Of a stretch of 47,462 nt of DNA, positions 12,560-25,189 are shown piece by piece. Positions within the stretch are counted from its first letter, which is position 1; each line of letters starts with the position of its first letter. Origin of the DNA: Octopus bimaculoides (Eukaryota); assembly GCF_001194135.2 (NCBI RefSeq), contig NC_068986.1, positions 451,699 through 499,160 of the forward strand, in the 5' to 3' direction. The position numbers and the translations under genes were made by a program. Under the pieces are notes generated by a model. The model saw only the letters and a program-made list of their open reading frames with translations. It was not told the origin of the DNA and ran no database searches.

Positions 12560-14620
12560 TAGTCCTTTATACTATCAATTCCGAAAGGATAGAATGCAAA
12601 GTTGGCCTCGGCGGATTTGAAATCAGAGCGCAAAAAAGCCGTAAAAATAACTGCAAGATACTTATGTTTTAAAAAGTAGATGGGTTAAGCGTGTCTAAAC
12701 GACAACAACAATAACAGCAAGGTGATATACAAGTTGATAAGATTATATTTTGAAACACAATGAGTTCAATTCAAATATTAAAGCTATTTAAACAATTATT
12801 TTTCATTGGTTTCTTTAAATTCTTGTTTCTTTTCCCCCTATTCTGAAGACTAGCATTACTGAAAATAACTGTTGCATTTCAGGACACACTATTACAGTGT
12901 ATTTTTGTTTACTGCATCGAGAATGAGTTCACTTGTTGCTCCTTTAACAATAATTACTTTACATCCTTTTATTTTTTTATTGAATTCTTGGGGCATGTTA
13001 CTGGTTGTTGTACATCCCAGTTGTTATAGAAGTTATGTGGATATCAAATCTAATAATATATTTCTAGCGGAAATATTATGGCCGTTGGAAGTTTTGGTGA
13101 GGTTACACTTTCATTATTATTTAAAGCAAAAACAGTACAAGAGATTTGTTTAGAATTCTTCGCAATAGTCTCTTATAGAATAAAGTATAATTGATACCAG
13201 TGTCAGTTGATTAAATCGATCTCAGTACTTGACTGGTGCTTTATTTTATCGATTTTTCAACTTAGATCCAAAACTAAATACAAGGTATTTTGTCCGACGC
13301 CCTAAAGATTTTACTAGCCTACCATCCTTCTGAGATGTTATCAACTTTATCCATTCTGAGATAAACATATTTTGTAACACGAAGTAAATCATGGTTTTGT
13401 TTTTGATTTATTTTTGTATAAATTTTCAAAACAGAAAATTGTCGATGTTATATATTGCATTCATAACGAAAATTTTAATTTATACGCTACGAAACACTTG
13501 GCGAGGACACACCGGTTTGTGATGGTAATATATGTGCTACACTAATCACCAGTCTGCTTATACTGCATAAATAACTATTTATTCCAGCAGAAGAAATGAA
13601 TGTTGATACATCGCCAACATGAACGGAGAATGAAAACTGTCCAGTGTTAATGTAATAACAATGTATTTTATTCTCACTAAATAAATATAAAAGCTATGAT
13701 TAATAGTGTTAACACTATTAATCATATAGATAGAAATAAAATTTAATTTCTAAAATTGACGCTTGGCAACAAACGTCACGATGAGGAAATGGTATAGCTG
13801 ATTTCATCACCACTATTTGGGAGAAAGGTGAATTCGACTTCGGTGAGATTTGAACTCTGATCATAAAAATCTAATTAATTGCTGATGTTCTAACCCCCAA
13901 CAACAAAATGATTCGCTTCCAACATAGACTCAAAACCAGGATTTCGAGGGCGAAGGTTGGTCGATCAAATCTGGCTCCGGCCCCGGAGAGATGAAACGCA
14001 AAGTCTACCTTAGTGGATTCAAAGTGAAGCTCTATAGCTCCATAACTGAATGTTGTAACTTTTGTTCGACTTCCTTAATAATTCTGCCTATCCATCTCTC
14101 TATAATAATATTTTCTAACATAAGCCCAAGGCCAAAAGATATGTGGGAGGAGAAGTCAATTAAATTACCCCAGTAATTAATTGGTACTTTATTTTATCGT
14201 TCCTAGAAGAACGAAAAGTGAGATTTAAATTCAAAATGTAAAGAACAGAAACTTTACCTTTCATCCTTCTAGGGTCGATAAAATAAACTAGGAGTTATGT
14301 ATTGTCATCTTAATCTATTATCCCCACTACCTACTAAATGTCATCTCTTGTGTTTATAATAAGAATAATTTTAATATGGTTGATATCTGAATCGTTAAAA
14401 CTCAGGAAAATGTATCTTATGCAATTCAATGACCTCCATCTCTTCATTTCTGAATTCAAATTCAGATTTTTATGGAGGCAGAATTTTGAGAAACGAAACG
14501 CTTATATTAAATTCTGTACTTGATTGATACTCAATTTTATCAACTCTGAAATAATGAAAAAAAAGTCGACTTGACAGGATTCGAAATTACAAACTCAAAG
14601 GAACACAACTAAATACCTTA
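12560..14620. mobile_element. Cluster of degraded SINE family A fragments (about 12560-12640, 13195-13325, 13815-13870, 13920-14040, 14115-14290, 14520-14620)
   Basis: Recurrent pieces of the TTTCATCCTT..GGGTCGATAAAATAA core, the B-box and the tail, mostly on the minus strand. Confidence 0.6.
13695..13726. repeat. Perfect 32-bp palindrome
   Basis: TATGATTAATAGTGTT|AACACTATTAATCATA. Confidence 0.97.
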
Positions 14621-15591
14621 AGGTATTAGTTAGCTCCTTCAGACTCGCTGTTCAAATCACGCTGGAAAAATTCCTTGTCTTTCTTCTTTCCAAGATCGTT
14701 AATGAATGTATCTGTAACATTCTAGAATGGATTTACCTTTAATATTATTATCACGTCATCATTTAGAAAATTATTTGCAAATAAAATACAGTTTTACTTC
14801 TCGTTTAAAATGAATCTAAATTATCAGTGAAAAAAATTCTAGTTAAACCAATACACTACTGTTAATATTTCTACTCTTAAGTGTTCTATTCTTGAGTAGT
14901 TCTTTTTAATAGCTCTATTGCTTATTAAAATGCAGGTGACACAACCTTAAAATAGCAGTAAAAGATCCCAACTAACGACTACAATCTTAAATTTGATTAA
15001 ATATATTTGAGGATAAATGTGACAGTTACGTTAATCTTTCATTCAACTATATATTTTTTAAGCTGAAAATGTAACTTGATTTATTTCTCCAAGCAATTTC
15101 TAGCGTTAAATGTCTAACATTGTGTCATTCCATGTGTTAAATACAGGGAAATTTATAGAATATGCATTTCAATCTGGGTTTCAATTCATTTTCCACACTT
15201 AAGTGTATAAATGTTTGTGATTCTTTATAGGTAAAAGAAATGTTTTTTGTACGCATAGAAACAGTAAACATAAACTGCGCATGATTAAGATTGCCTACGG
15301 AATGAAAACCCTTTATATAACCACGTAAATTACCATAGAAAATTATTTTCCATTTATTTTCTTTTATTCTGATAAATTCGAAAACGTATGACTCATTATT
15401 GAAATTCAATTATAAATATCAAATAAAGCATCAATTTATGATATTTTGCATATACTAAAATTGACATCACGAAGCAAATAAACAGCCTGCTAGAAGTAAA
15501 TCCCTGCTGAGTTCACATGTCACTACCGCAAAATAATACGAACATCGCTAAAATATATCACGTGATACGGTAAACAAATTGTGTTATTATA

Positions 15592-15622
<31 letters not shown>

Positions 15623-15785
15623 CTTGTACATATATGTATGCATGCTTATATGTATATGTGTGTGGGTGTGTTCTAATAAACGTATTTTGTCTTGATTATG
15701 CACAGCAACGCTAACTACATTTTAAAGTCGTACAGAATCATGCCGGCTCAGCATTTATTTCAGAACGTACATGATATATTATGTA

Positions 15786-15795
15786 NNNNNNNNNN
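15786..15795. other. Assembly gap (10 N)
   Basis: N run. Confidence 1.
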
Positions 15796-16952
15796 ATATA
15801 TATATATATTATATAAATTCTTTCCGTTAAATCATTTATTTATGTTTATAATTTTATATGAAGTTCAATAGCGGAACTAACGAACAGTTTAATTCCTCCG
15901 GGGACAAAAAAAATTTAAGGGATGTTAATTGTGATATTACCAAAATTTTGGGGACTAAACTCTGCATATTTTGTTTTATTTTTGTTTTGTTTTGTTGGGT
16001 GGGGGGGCATTTCTCGGTATGATTTAAGAAAAAGATTAACTTTTAATATACCTGCGAATTACAGTCACTTTTGACGACTCAGAATCACCAGTGACTAAAG
16101 AAATAACAGTTGGAGAAAAGTTTAGCAATTAAAGAAAGAAGTTTAATTCTTTTAATTTGAAATAAATGTTGAAACAATTTGTAATAAAGTTTTTCCCTCA
16201 TTTATAATACCCTATGGATCCAAAACTTCAAATTATGTTCAGTAAAAATTTAACTGTTCTTTCTCTGCAGGCTTATATCAAATATATGTGATGTATGTTA
16301 AGCTGATGTATTTATTATATATCATTGTTAGCTTGTTTAAATTTTTTTTTATTACAGCACGTATATACTGTGTTATAATGGTAATACAGTTGTTATATTA
16401 TATTTTCAAAAGAAATTATGCACTTAGAGTAACTGCTACGTCTTGCGATGCTCAATAACGAATGGCGGTAGCTGCAAACACTGTCAATGCTTTTGCTTAA
16501 CGCTGAAAATCTATTTTCCTTACGCCTCATTTCATTTCCTCACATTTGGGAAAACATTAGCTTTACAAAGTTCCATTCTCGTTTTCTTAAACTATGGGGA
16601 TTTTTCTTTTAACTAATCACAGTCCCAAATGAAAAATAAGTAAATGATATTTAAATTTTGATGTGAGGAAATCTAACCAAAAATGGTTGCTTATGGAAGT
16701 AAACCTAAACTGTTGCAATTATTTATAAATAAAATTCTATTAGCTCAATACGTCCTGCTGGTTCAATTACATTATTGATGATGCTGAGCAATGAAATAAA
16801 TGAAATGCATTGACATCTTAATCATTTGAATCTAGAGTTCTAATGTATAGAAATAGTGCAGATGATATCATCCTGGTTTCGAAATACACTGCGATGGAAG
16901 CATGGGTAAAGTAGATGAAAAAATAGAGCCGGTTAGGTCAGTACTATATTCC

Positions 16953-17151
16953 TTTTCTACTCTAGGCAGAAAGCCCGAAATTTTGGGAGAGGAGGGGGCA
17001 GTCGATTAGATCGACCCTAGTACGCAACTGGTACTTAATCTATCGCCCCCAAAAGGATGAAAGGCAAAGGCGACCTCAGCAGAATTTGAACTCAGAACGT
17101 AAAGGCAGACGAAATACTGCTAAGCATTTCGCCCGGCGTGCTAACGTTTCT
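16953..17151 (-). mobile_element. SINE family A, near full-length, tail type A
   Basis: Same head and core as 8250-8482, but the 3' tail is CCCCCTCCTCTCCCAAAATTTCGGGCTTTCTGCCTAGAGTAGAAAA. Confidence 0.9.
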
Positions 17152-17241
17152 TATCTCTTTACTGCCCACAAGGGGCTAAACATAGAGGGGACAAGCAAGG
17201 ACAGACAAACGGATTAAGTCGATTATATCGACCCCAGTGAG
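17152..17241 (-). mobile_element. SINE family A 3' fragment, tail type B
   Basis: GGGGTCGATATAATCGACTTAATCCGTTTGTCTGTCCTTGCTTGTCCCCTCTATGTTTAGCCCCTTGTGGGCAG is about 85% identical by eye to the tail at 8260-8335. Confidence 0.9.
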
Positions 17242-18499
17242 TGATATGTAAATACATACATGCATGCATACATACATCCATCCATCCATACATACATACA
17301 TACATCCATCCATCCATACATACATACATACATCCATATACATACGATTCTTGCATAACTTCATTCTTTGCATTACTTCAAATTTGACAGCAATCCACCT
17401 GCTAAGAACTTCAGTCGAAAAGTAACCAAATTATAATAGCAGTTTACTCTGCGTAAGCTATTGAGTACTATTTGCTGTTTCTTTTTCATATTATGTCGCT
17501 TCTAATACAATATTTACGCTATATATATGTATATGTATGTATGTGCGTGTGTGTCTGTCTGTGTGTGTGTATTTTGTATATACATATATATACACATAAA
17601 CAAATATGTATGTGTGTTTGTATGTGTATATATATGATTATTTAATTACTCGACAATTTATCTTTTCCTCGAAGCTTTCTAGATTATATTTCATATTTGT
17701 CGCTACACTAAATTTCATTTTATTTTTTTTCTTTTGGTATTTATTATGTATTTATTTCATCTTTTTTTTTTTTATCGATTATTGGTTTGTTTATGGGTGT
17801 CAGCTATTTTCTTTCAAATGTCACATCATTTATTTGCTTCTGTGAATTGCTGTTTGCTTGTTTATTCGTCTATTTATTGCAGTTTAAACAATTTCGCGAA
17901 ATATGTTGCTATAATATAGCTGTATATTTATCAACTGATCATCTAAATCCTGTGATATTTCTAGTTATTTACACAATGAAGTCAATTTAATTTCGCTGGG
18001 AAATGATCCAATTCAGTCATGGCTAGAAGCGAATAATGTTTTAGACAGTGTATCTCGTCGTTTTTGTTTCTTTTTGCCGGAAACCAGTTCCGAAGCATTG
18101 TTTTCCTTCATTGTCAGTTTCCGACAAGGCGTCGTTGGCGAATGGATTTTATGTCTGTCGCAACACATTAGAAACTAAAACTAATGCTAAACAAAACACA
18201 AACGTATTTTCTCACTCTTTTCAGTTTCGTTGTGTCCAACTTTCTGACAATAACATTGAAGAGGCCAAGGAGAAAAGTTTTTTAAAAGTTTTTAATATAC
18301 CATCATGAATGTAATTATTTTATTGTATACACACATACGCATTTGCAAACGTACAATTACACACTGTGATCTTGTTGATATTGTCACTGCTCTACAATGT
18401 CAAGTATAATTATGGGAAGCTGGAATGCGTTTGGTCAATGGTCTACCCAGTCAAGGAATACTATGGATTCATCCCGAACAAAAACTATAAGTCTGCCAG

Positions 18500-18509
18500 C
18501 CAAAAGAGG

Positions 18510-18548
<39 letters not shown>

Positions 18549-18660
18549 TGGCTTTGTCTGCCGGAAATAGTGTCTAAATCTTTCTCAAATTATACGGTGC
18601 CTATATAAAAAGACGCTCCAAATTCTCTTGATATCACACTCCTGTGTCGCATGGTAAACA
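18500..18660 (+). promoter_or_regulatory. Candidate Pol II core promoter (TATA plus Inr-like)
   Basis: TATATAAAAG at 18602, TCACAC with A at 18635, upstream GCCATTTT and CCGGAA motifs, then ATG|GTAAAC at about 18650. Confidence 0.25.
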
Positions 18661-19049
18661 CACACGCACACATAAATTACGTTTTGTCTGGGACTTCATA
18701 TTTCATCTGACTGTTTATTGAATCAGTTAATATTTCAATTATAATTAATTAACTTCCCGGGTTGCCTCCCTTGATTTCCTTTTCTTTGTATACAGAAATA
18801 ATTGTAAAAATAATGATTTTTTTTTTCGTCACTACTGATGTATTTCAATTGACTAAAATGTCTTCTCTATGCACATGAGGTATTTTAGCAGCCAATTTTC
18901 TTTTTGCATTTGCTGTAAGAATTAATTGCTTGAAAACGCTTAGTGACTTAGCCTATATCCATACCATCTCTTTTTGATCATTTGATCTTGAATGTGCGTA
19001 TGTATGTATGTACGTAGGTTTGTATATATTATGTATACGTTTATGTGTA

Positions 19050-21500
19050 TGTGCAAGTACTATTGTTGTTGTGTAACACCAAGTCAGTTGTTACCGAGAG
19101 GTACGGCTGGCTGGTTATAATCCACATGATTATTGTTCTAGATATCGCATATACCTCTAATTCCCTGAAAACCATACTCCTCACAATTACATGCGGTGGC
19201 CGATTGTATGGGAATAAGCATGACAGCCTGAACATATATTTTTCCCACCATCTGTGGTTGTAAATTGTGATTTGGGGTACAGCAGCGGTGAACAAGGCAG
19301 ATTGAATCGGAGCACGATATTTGTGTCCTGTTTTTCATAGCATTCATACCTCGCGTTAATATTTTAGAATTAGATGCGTATTAACACTGCATCTGTATGT
19401 TTTTGTGTTTTTATATTTGCCGGGTTGAGAATCAAAGAGAACATTTTTTTTTAAAGTTCCTGAGGCGATTATGCTGCATATGGGTCTCTACGTTTTGAAA
19501 ATGGTTTTGCATGCGAGGATTGTGGTGATTGAAGTTTGGTATGGCAAACGAGTGAACTATTTTTGTTACTATTACTGTTTTTGTTTCGGTAGTGTTTATC
19601 CCCGCTTTAACCGTGGGTGTTCTCCAGGAGACGACAATCCTGAAATTTTAACCCCAGGAAGACATCTTCTTAGTTTATTCAGTGCGCTTTCTGCACTCGA
19701 TATTTATTGCAAGCGGGATATTTATCGCATGCCATTTTTTTTTTCGTTGTTTACATTGCCCGTGAGTACAATTTGATGAGGCGTCTACAGATGTATAAAA
19801 CATTGTTTAGTGTATTCTTATAGTTTGTTGTGGTTTATTTTGTGTGGTACGGTACTCAATGAGGGATCTAATGTATTGCTTTCATACTGTAATCGATGTT
19901 TCTTTCTGTTAGTCAAAAGGCGTAATTGTGAATAATCTGAGTGACTGAGCGTAGACTTTCTTTCTAGACAATGACTTTTGTGTATGTTGCGGATGTTGTG
20001 GAAGCATTGTATCTAACTCTTGATATCATTTTCTATGACAATGGTATGTTTATGCTATTGAGTGTGGGGGCTGGTTGTATTTGTTCCCTATTATTCCTGG
20101 TAAGAAAGGAGACTTGGTCCGTCATGGATCCAAGTTTCTAAGAGATTAATGTCGGGTTGGAGTTTGTCAAATGATTTTCAGAATAGTGAAAGGATGCTTG
20201 TGTGATGTCATGTCCTTATGAAGCTGGGTATATGCTTTCAAGAGTTGTGGATTATCATGTAGATATAAGTTGAAAGACTGAATAAGTAGATCTTTGTGGT
20301 ATTCTGTTCGAGAAATGAGAGATTCTAGAATTATAATTACTGTACATTACATAGTCCAGTCAGAATTATGGATTAGGATGAGACCCGCCACTGGTGCCAT
20401 GTAAACATGTACTACTTGTTCCATGGTCGATTGGTCGGCGACTAAACTGTCTAAACTGTGAGGAGGTTGTCTGGACTACCAACAGGACTAAAAACAAGAC
20501 CTATTGAAGAATGAATGAGCTCCTTGTGGGCCAATGGCCATTCAGTTGGGGAACGATCTCTGCCAAGAAAACACTACGAGAAAGTTAGAACCAATTAAGG
20601 TTATGGTTTCATCCGATGAGAATTCTCGCGCTTAATTTGGAAGTCTTTTGTTGTAGTGTCATCAACGCTCTGCAGAAACGTACGATATGTGACGTAACGA
20701 AAGACATTGCATAGGCTGACAGTCTTGCAAGTAGTTTGCTACTCAGGCCTTTATGTGGTTTCTTAAGTAAATGTTAAGCATAACAGCATAATTGAGTGCG
20801 GAGCGGGGAATGGAGTGAAAAGTTTTCTTATTGTTGAGGGCAATTAGAATGGTACGTAAGTGAGGATCTTTTGAAAGTGTCATCTATCCTTGTATTCCAT
20901 TCCTTTGGAGTTTTTTTTTTCAATGACATGATTTAAAATGAAGGATATGTGTGTTTGTGGTATCACGACTAATGCGTCCTAAAATTGTTGAATATGTACA
21001 TTGTAGTGTACTGGTGTTATGATGCATGTTTAATTGGTTGGGTTTCGTTGGGTTTAAGAATTGTTATACTCTTTTAATTTCAAAGATTAATTATAGGAGA
21101 GCATATTGATTCCTTCGGGTCCTCAGCGTTGTAGGACTTTCGTAAACTCAGAGGTTTTTGAATTTTCACATACCCCTTATCACATTTCCGGGCACCTGAT
21201 GGGCAGAAGAGGTTTAAGTCATGGTAAAAGGTGCATAGTTTCGTGTTCATGTCTTTATAGTGTTGTCTCTGACATGATGTTTAAGAAATTCCTGATGAGC
21301 TCATTTCCTTCATGTACAAGTATTATGCTATTTAAAGTCAATGCGCAATGAGGTGTGATATGATTGCTGTTATTGTTGATAATGATGTTGCTAATAAATC
21401 TGGATAATGGCTTATTGTTCGATGTGTAGTTTCTGTGGGAAAACAAGTTTTCTTTTTTTCTAGTTTTTAGTGTTTTATATTCTATATCTTATTGTTTTAT
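19050..21500 (-). mobile_element. Decayed Penelope-like element (RT thumb plus GIY-YIG region)
   Basis: Minus strand HPQHTQKSL..VYAQSLRL (19933-19995) matches the PLE motif HPxHxKxSIxYSQxLR. Downstream are HNPRMQN..HNRLRN..DSQP and CSGCHAY..(Y)IG, a GIY-YIG-like segment. Many stops and frameshifts, so the boundaries are approximate. Confidence 0.6.
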
Positions 21501-21633
21501 TTTTTGTTATTGTTTTAATAAGTTATCTGTCCTTTTATTGTTTTGTTTTCTCAAGTTATCTGTCTTGTAACTGATGCTACATTTTTAAGCTTCTTTCTGA
21601 AGAGGTAAATTTGCTGACTATATTCAGGTCGAC

Positions 21634-21840
21634 AAGGGCAGCGAGATGGCAGAATCGTTAGCACACTGGCCGAAATGCCTAGCAGCATTCCGTCCGAGTT
21701 CTAATTCTGACGAGGTGGATTTTGCCTTTCATACTTTCAGAGTCGATGAAATAAGTACTACTTGAGAACTAGGGGTCGATATAATCAACGTATCTACTCA
21801 CTTGAGCTTCCTGACCTTGTGCCAAATTTTGAAACCAATA
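21634..21840 (+). mobile_element. SINE family A
   Basis: GCGAGATGGCAGAATCGTTAGC head, TTTGCCTTTCATACTTTCAGAGTCGATGAAATAAGTAC core, GACCTTGTGCCAAATTTTGAAACCAATA tail. Confidence 0.88.
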
Positions 21841-22051
21841 GCCAGGACGACCTCTATATTTTCCTGATCACAGAGAAAAATATTTAAGCTCAATAGCTAC
21901 AGATCAGAATGAGACGGGGAATGTATATTTATTAAATGTGGGTACATTAAACTTACATCATTATTTATTTTAGAGCACTGTGTAGGTTCCAATTAATTAA
22001 TCATATATACATACTTGCATATATACATCAATTAGGTGTTTGTCCATACAT

Positions 22052-22190
<139 letters not shown>

Positions 22191-22672
22191 TACGATGACA
22201 TAAGTTTGACGGCCTCTCGTGGAGAATCGCTGAAGCTGATGGAAATAATGACGCAGTATTTACGAACTTGAACTAAATGATAACATTTAAGTTGACTTCA
22301 CATTGAATTATTTCAGCCTGTTTTGACAAAGAAGTGTGGATGTAAGAAGAAATAATAAAAAAGAAATTGATATTAAATGTTAATTCTTATATTGTTGGCG
22401 TGGTATTTTCTTCTCCGAAATATGAACATTTGCAACAGAAAGCATTGATAAATGACAATAAACATCTTAAGTGTCAATCTAAGAATAAGGTTCATAGATT
22501 TCGTTTAAAATGTAAACCTTCCTGGTAGTTTAATAAAACTAATCAATGGTTGTGTATCTATTTTATGTTTCAATATTTATATCTGTAGTAATTGAGTTTG
22601 TTTTCGAAATCACGTAAAACGCATACACACACATAGTTACGTGTGTGTGTGTGTGTGTGTGCGTGTGTGTGC

Positions 22673-22825
22673 GAAGGCACGTACTTTAGAGGTTAGGCTT
22701 TTGTACTCTCAATCGCAAGATCGTGGTTTCCATTCCCACATTGGCTGTGAGTTGTGTTCTTCCGCAAAACAGTTCATTTCAAGTTGCTCACTCGACTCAG
22801 TTGTGAATAGGTCACAACACGACGG
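22673..22825 (+). mobile_element. SINE family C (tRNA head plus TTGTGTTCTT..CAAAACA.TTCATTTCA domain)
   Basis: GGCACGTACTTTAGAGGTTAGG (A-box-like) and GGTTTCCATTCC (B-box-like). A related head lies on the minus strand at about 45750-45796. Confidence 0.6.
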
Positions 22826-22920
22826 ACTACCATTGTGTTCAAAGAGAAGGTTAGCCTACTCGCTTAGCGACCGGATTGGCACGATTTTTAAAGCTACAAC
22901 AGTATCAAGAATATATATAT

Positions 22921-23103
22921 TCTTTTATTCTTTTACTTGTTTCAGACATTTTAACTGCGGCAATGCTGGAGCACCGCCTTTAGTCAAGCAAATCTACCCC
23001 AGGACTTATTCTTTGTAAGCCTAGTACTTATACTATCGGGATCGCTTGTCGAACCGCTAAGTTACGGGGACCTAAACACACCAGCATCAGTTGTCACGCG
23101 ATG
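22921..23103 (-). mobile_element. SINE family B 3' module
   Basis: Reverse complement of 26138-26320 (GTCCCCGTAACTTAGCGGTTCG...GGCGGTGCTCCAGCATTGCCGCAG...AAACAAGTAAAAGAATAAAAGA). Confidence 0.9.
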
Positions 23104-23109
23104 TTCGGG

Positions 23110-23172
<63 letters not shown>

Positions 23173-23178
23173 TATATA

Positions 23179-23480
23179 NNNNNNNNNNNNNNNNNNNNNN
23201 NNNNNNNNNNNNNNNNNNNNNNNNNNNNNNNNNNNNNNNNNNNNNNNNNNNNNNNNNNNNNNNNNNNNNNNNNNNNNNNNNNNNNNNNNNNNNNNNNNNN
23301 NNNNNNNNNNNNNNNNNNNNNNNNNNNNNNNNNNNNNNNNNNNNNNNNNNNNNNNNNNNNNNNNNNNNNNNNNNNNNNNNNNNNNNNNNNNNNNNNNNNN
23401 NNNNNNNNNNNNNNNNNNNNNNNNNNNNNNNNNNNNNNNNNNNNNNNNNNNNNNNNNNNNNNNNNNNNNNNNNNNNNNNN
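23179..23480. other. Assembly gap (N run) between (TA)n and (CATA)n
   Basis: N run. Confidence 1.
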
Positions 23481-23589
23481 ATATATACATACATACATAC
23501 ATACATACATACATACATACATACATACATACATACATGCATACATACATACACAGACATCTTAAAAGTAAATAGACACCATCATTTTG

Positions 23590-23950
23590 AAAAATGCATT
23601 TCTCCTTTCTTCTTCGGATATTTGCTGGTTGAACTAGAGGTTTCTTTCCAGCTGCTTTGCCATAGCAGTCAAGTTAATGAAGATAACTCACAGAAGTACT
23701 CTTACTCATTTGGAGTTGTTCCGCAACATCAGCTTCACAGCCCGAAATTCCTGTCAAAGGGCCGAGGTCAACCTGAGTGGATCGCTGTTGATTCCTTTCT
23801 TTTTCTACTGAATTGTACAATCACTCTGCTGACACTAGCAAGAGGAATCCAAGCTTTTCTGCATTGTTAAGCTGGCTAAGTTTACCTTAAGATTGATCCA
23901 CAATAATCCTCTTTGAAAATCAGACAACACTTTTGCTACTGGTGTTGACT
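23590..23950 (-). mobile_element. Tc1-like transposase N-terminal (HTH) fragment
   Basis: Minus strand, with frameshifts: VLSDFQRG.IV..., AEKLG/PLASVSRVIVQFSRKRKESTAIHSG*PRP (GRPR-like), YGKAAGKKPLVQPANIRRRKE. Confidence 0.85.
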
Positions 23951-24429
23951 AGTTCATATACATATGATACTTCGCATAGGCTTTGCGATACGAATAATCT
24001 GGTGTAAAACGCAATATACGATGCTTCAGAACGAAGTGTTAGTCACACAACAGTAATAAGAAAATTAGATAACAAAGTAATAAGCAATTATCTGATGAGC
24101 TTCATTAGCTTTCTACCTACTTCTGCTAAAAGATGGCAGTGGACTCATAGTTAAATGCCTGAGTGACACTTAATAGCTTGATCGGAGCCTCAAATATGAA
24201 GTGCAATTTATTTGCGGAAAATAATTACATTTACGCATTTACACAGAAAACATTACCAATGAGAAAGAATATATGTAGTGAGGAAATCCAGAAGCCCCTC
24301 CCATATTTATAAGATTAATGTTAAATTGTGCATAAGGACAGGTATACTTAGATGGAGAGAAAAGAGTAATTAGGTCTATCAGTAAAAATATACATATACA
24401 TACACATACGAAAATACACTATCAGAGAC

Positions 24430-24990
24430 ACACGTATCAACATACAATGTATGCCAGGTCTCCAAATCTAATGGAGGCCTCAAAAGACATTTTAAGATCC
24501 ACCAGCTCAGCGCCCTTTGTGAATAACCTTAGAGATAGAAATTTAAAGTATGAACTATCATGGTTCATAATCGACAGCGCTCCCCCGTTTGGAAATGGAT
24601 CGGACAGATGTGAATTGTGTATTAGGGTATCGTATCTAATTCTGAAATTATTTAATGCTAATACGTTGAACAAATTTTCAGATGTGATTCCTTCATGTAC
24701 CCATAAGTTCTATTCAACATTTCTAAGGACACATGGAACTAGACCTGCACACTAAATTTATCTTATTAATACTTGAATGTCTTTGCCGTGAATCTTAGAT
24801 CCCTCCATTCTAGCCAGTATATTATCACTTACACATGAACTGAGTAATCTTACTAATAAAAAAAATAAGTTCTATTCAACATTTCCAAGAACGTATAAAA
24901 TTAGATCTGTTAACTAAATCTATTAATACTTATCTCTTTAATACTTGAAAATTTAACTATGAAATTTAGATCCTTCCATTCTGGCCAGTA
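24430..24990 (+). mobile_element. Penelope-like element 3' end (GIY-YIG C-terminus) with tandem terminal repeat
   Basis: LKYELSWFIIDSAPPFGNGSDRCELCIRVSYLILKLFNANTLNKFSDVIPSCTHK resembles the PLE C-terminal motif (W.I...A.PY..G...C.LC..E...I....LN...E....C.H). It is followed by a ~115-125 bp diverged direct repeat. Confidence 0.8.
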
Positions 24991-25189
24991 GAATATGAGC
25001 TTTGAAAATTTATAAAAAACAAAAACAAAAAAAAGTTCTCTTTCTTTAATCGATCAAATTATTTTTTGGCTTGGTGGATCATTTTGTGGGGATTGCTGTG
25101 TGCTGAGGACTGCTTTTTGTTGGTTTGCAACAGTTTCTTTTAGTGTAACGCCATCATTGTTTGGTGGGCGTTACTGAAAACGAAGAGCT

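Noticed and set aside
16855-16915. SADDIILVS, resembling an RT YADD motif
   Set aside because: Too short, with no flanking RT motifs.
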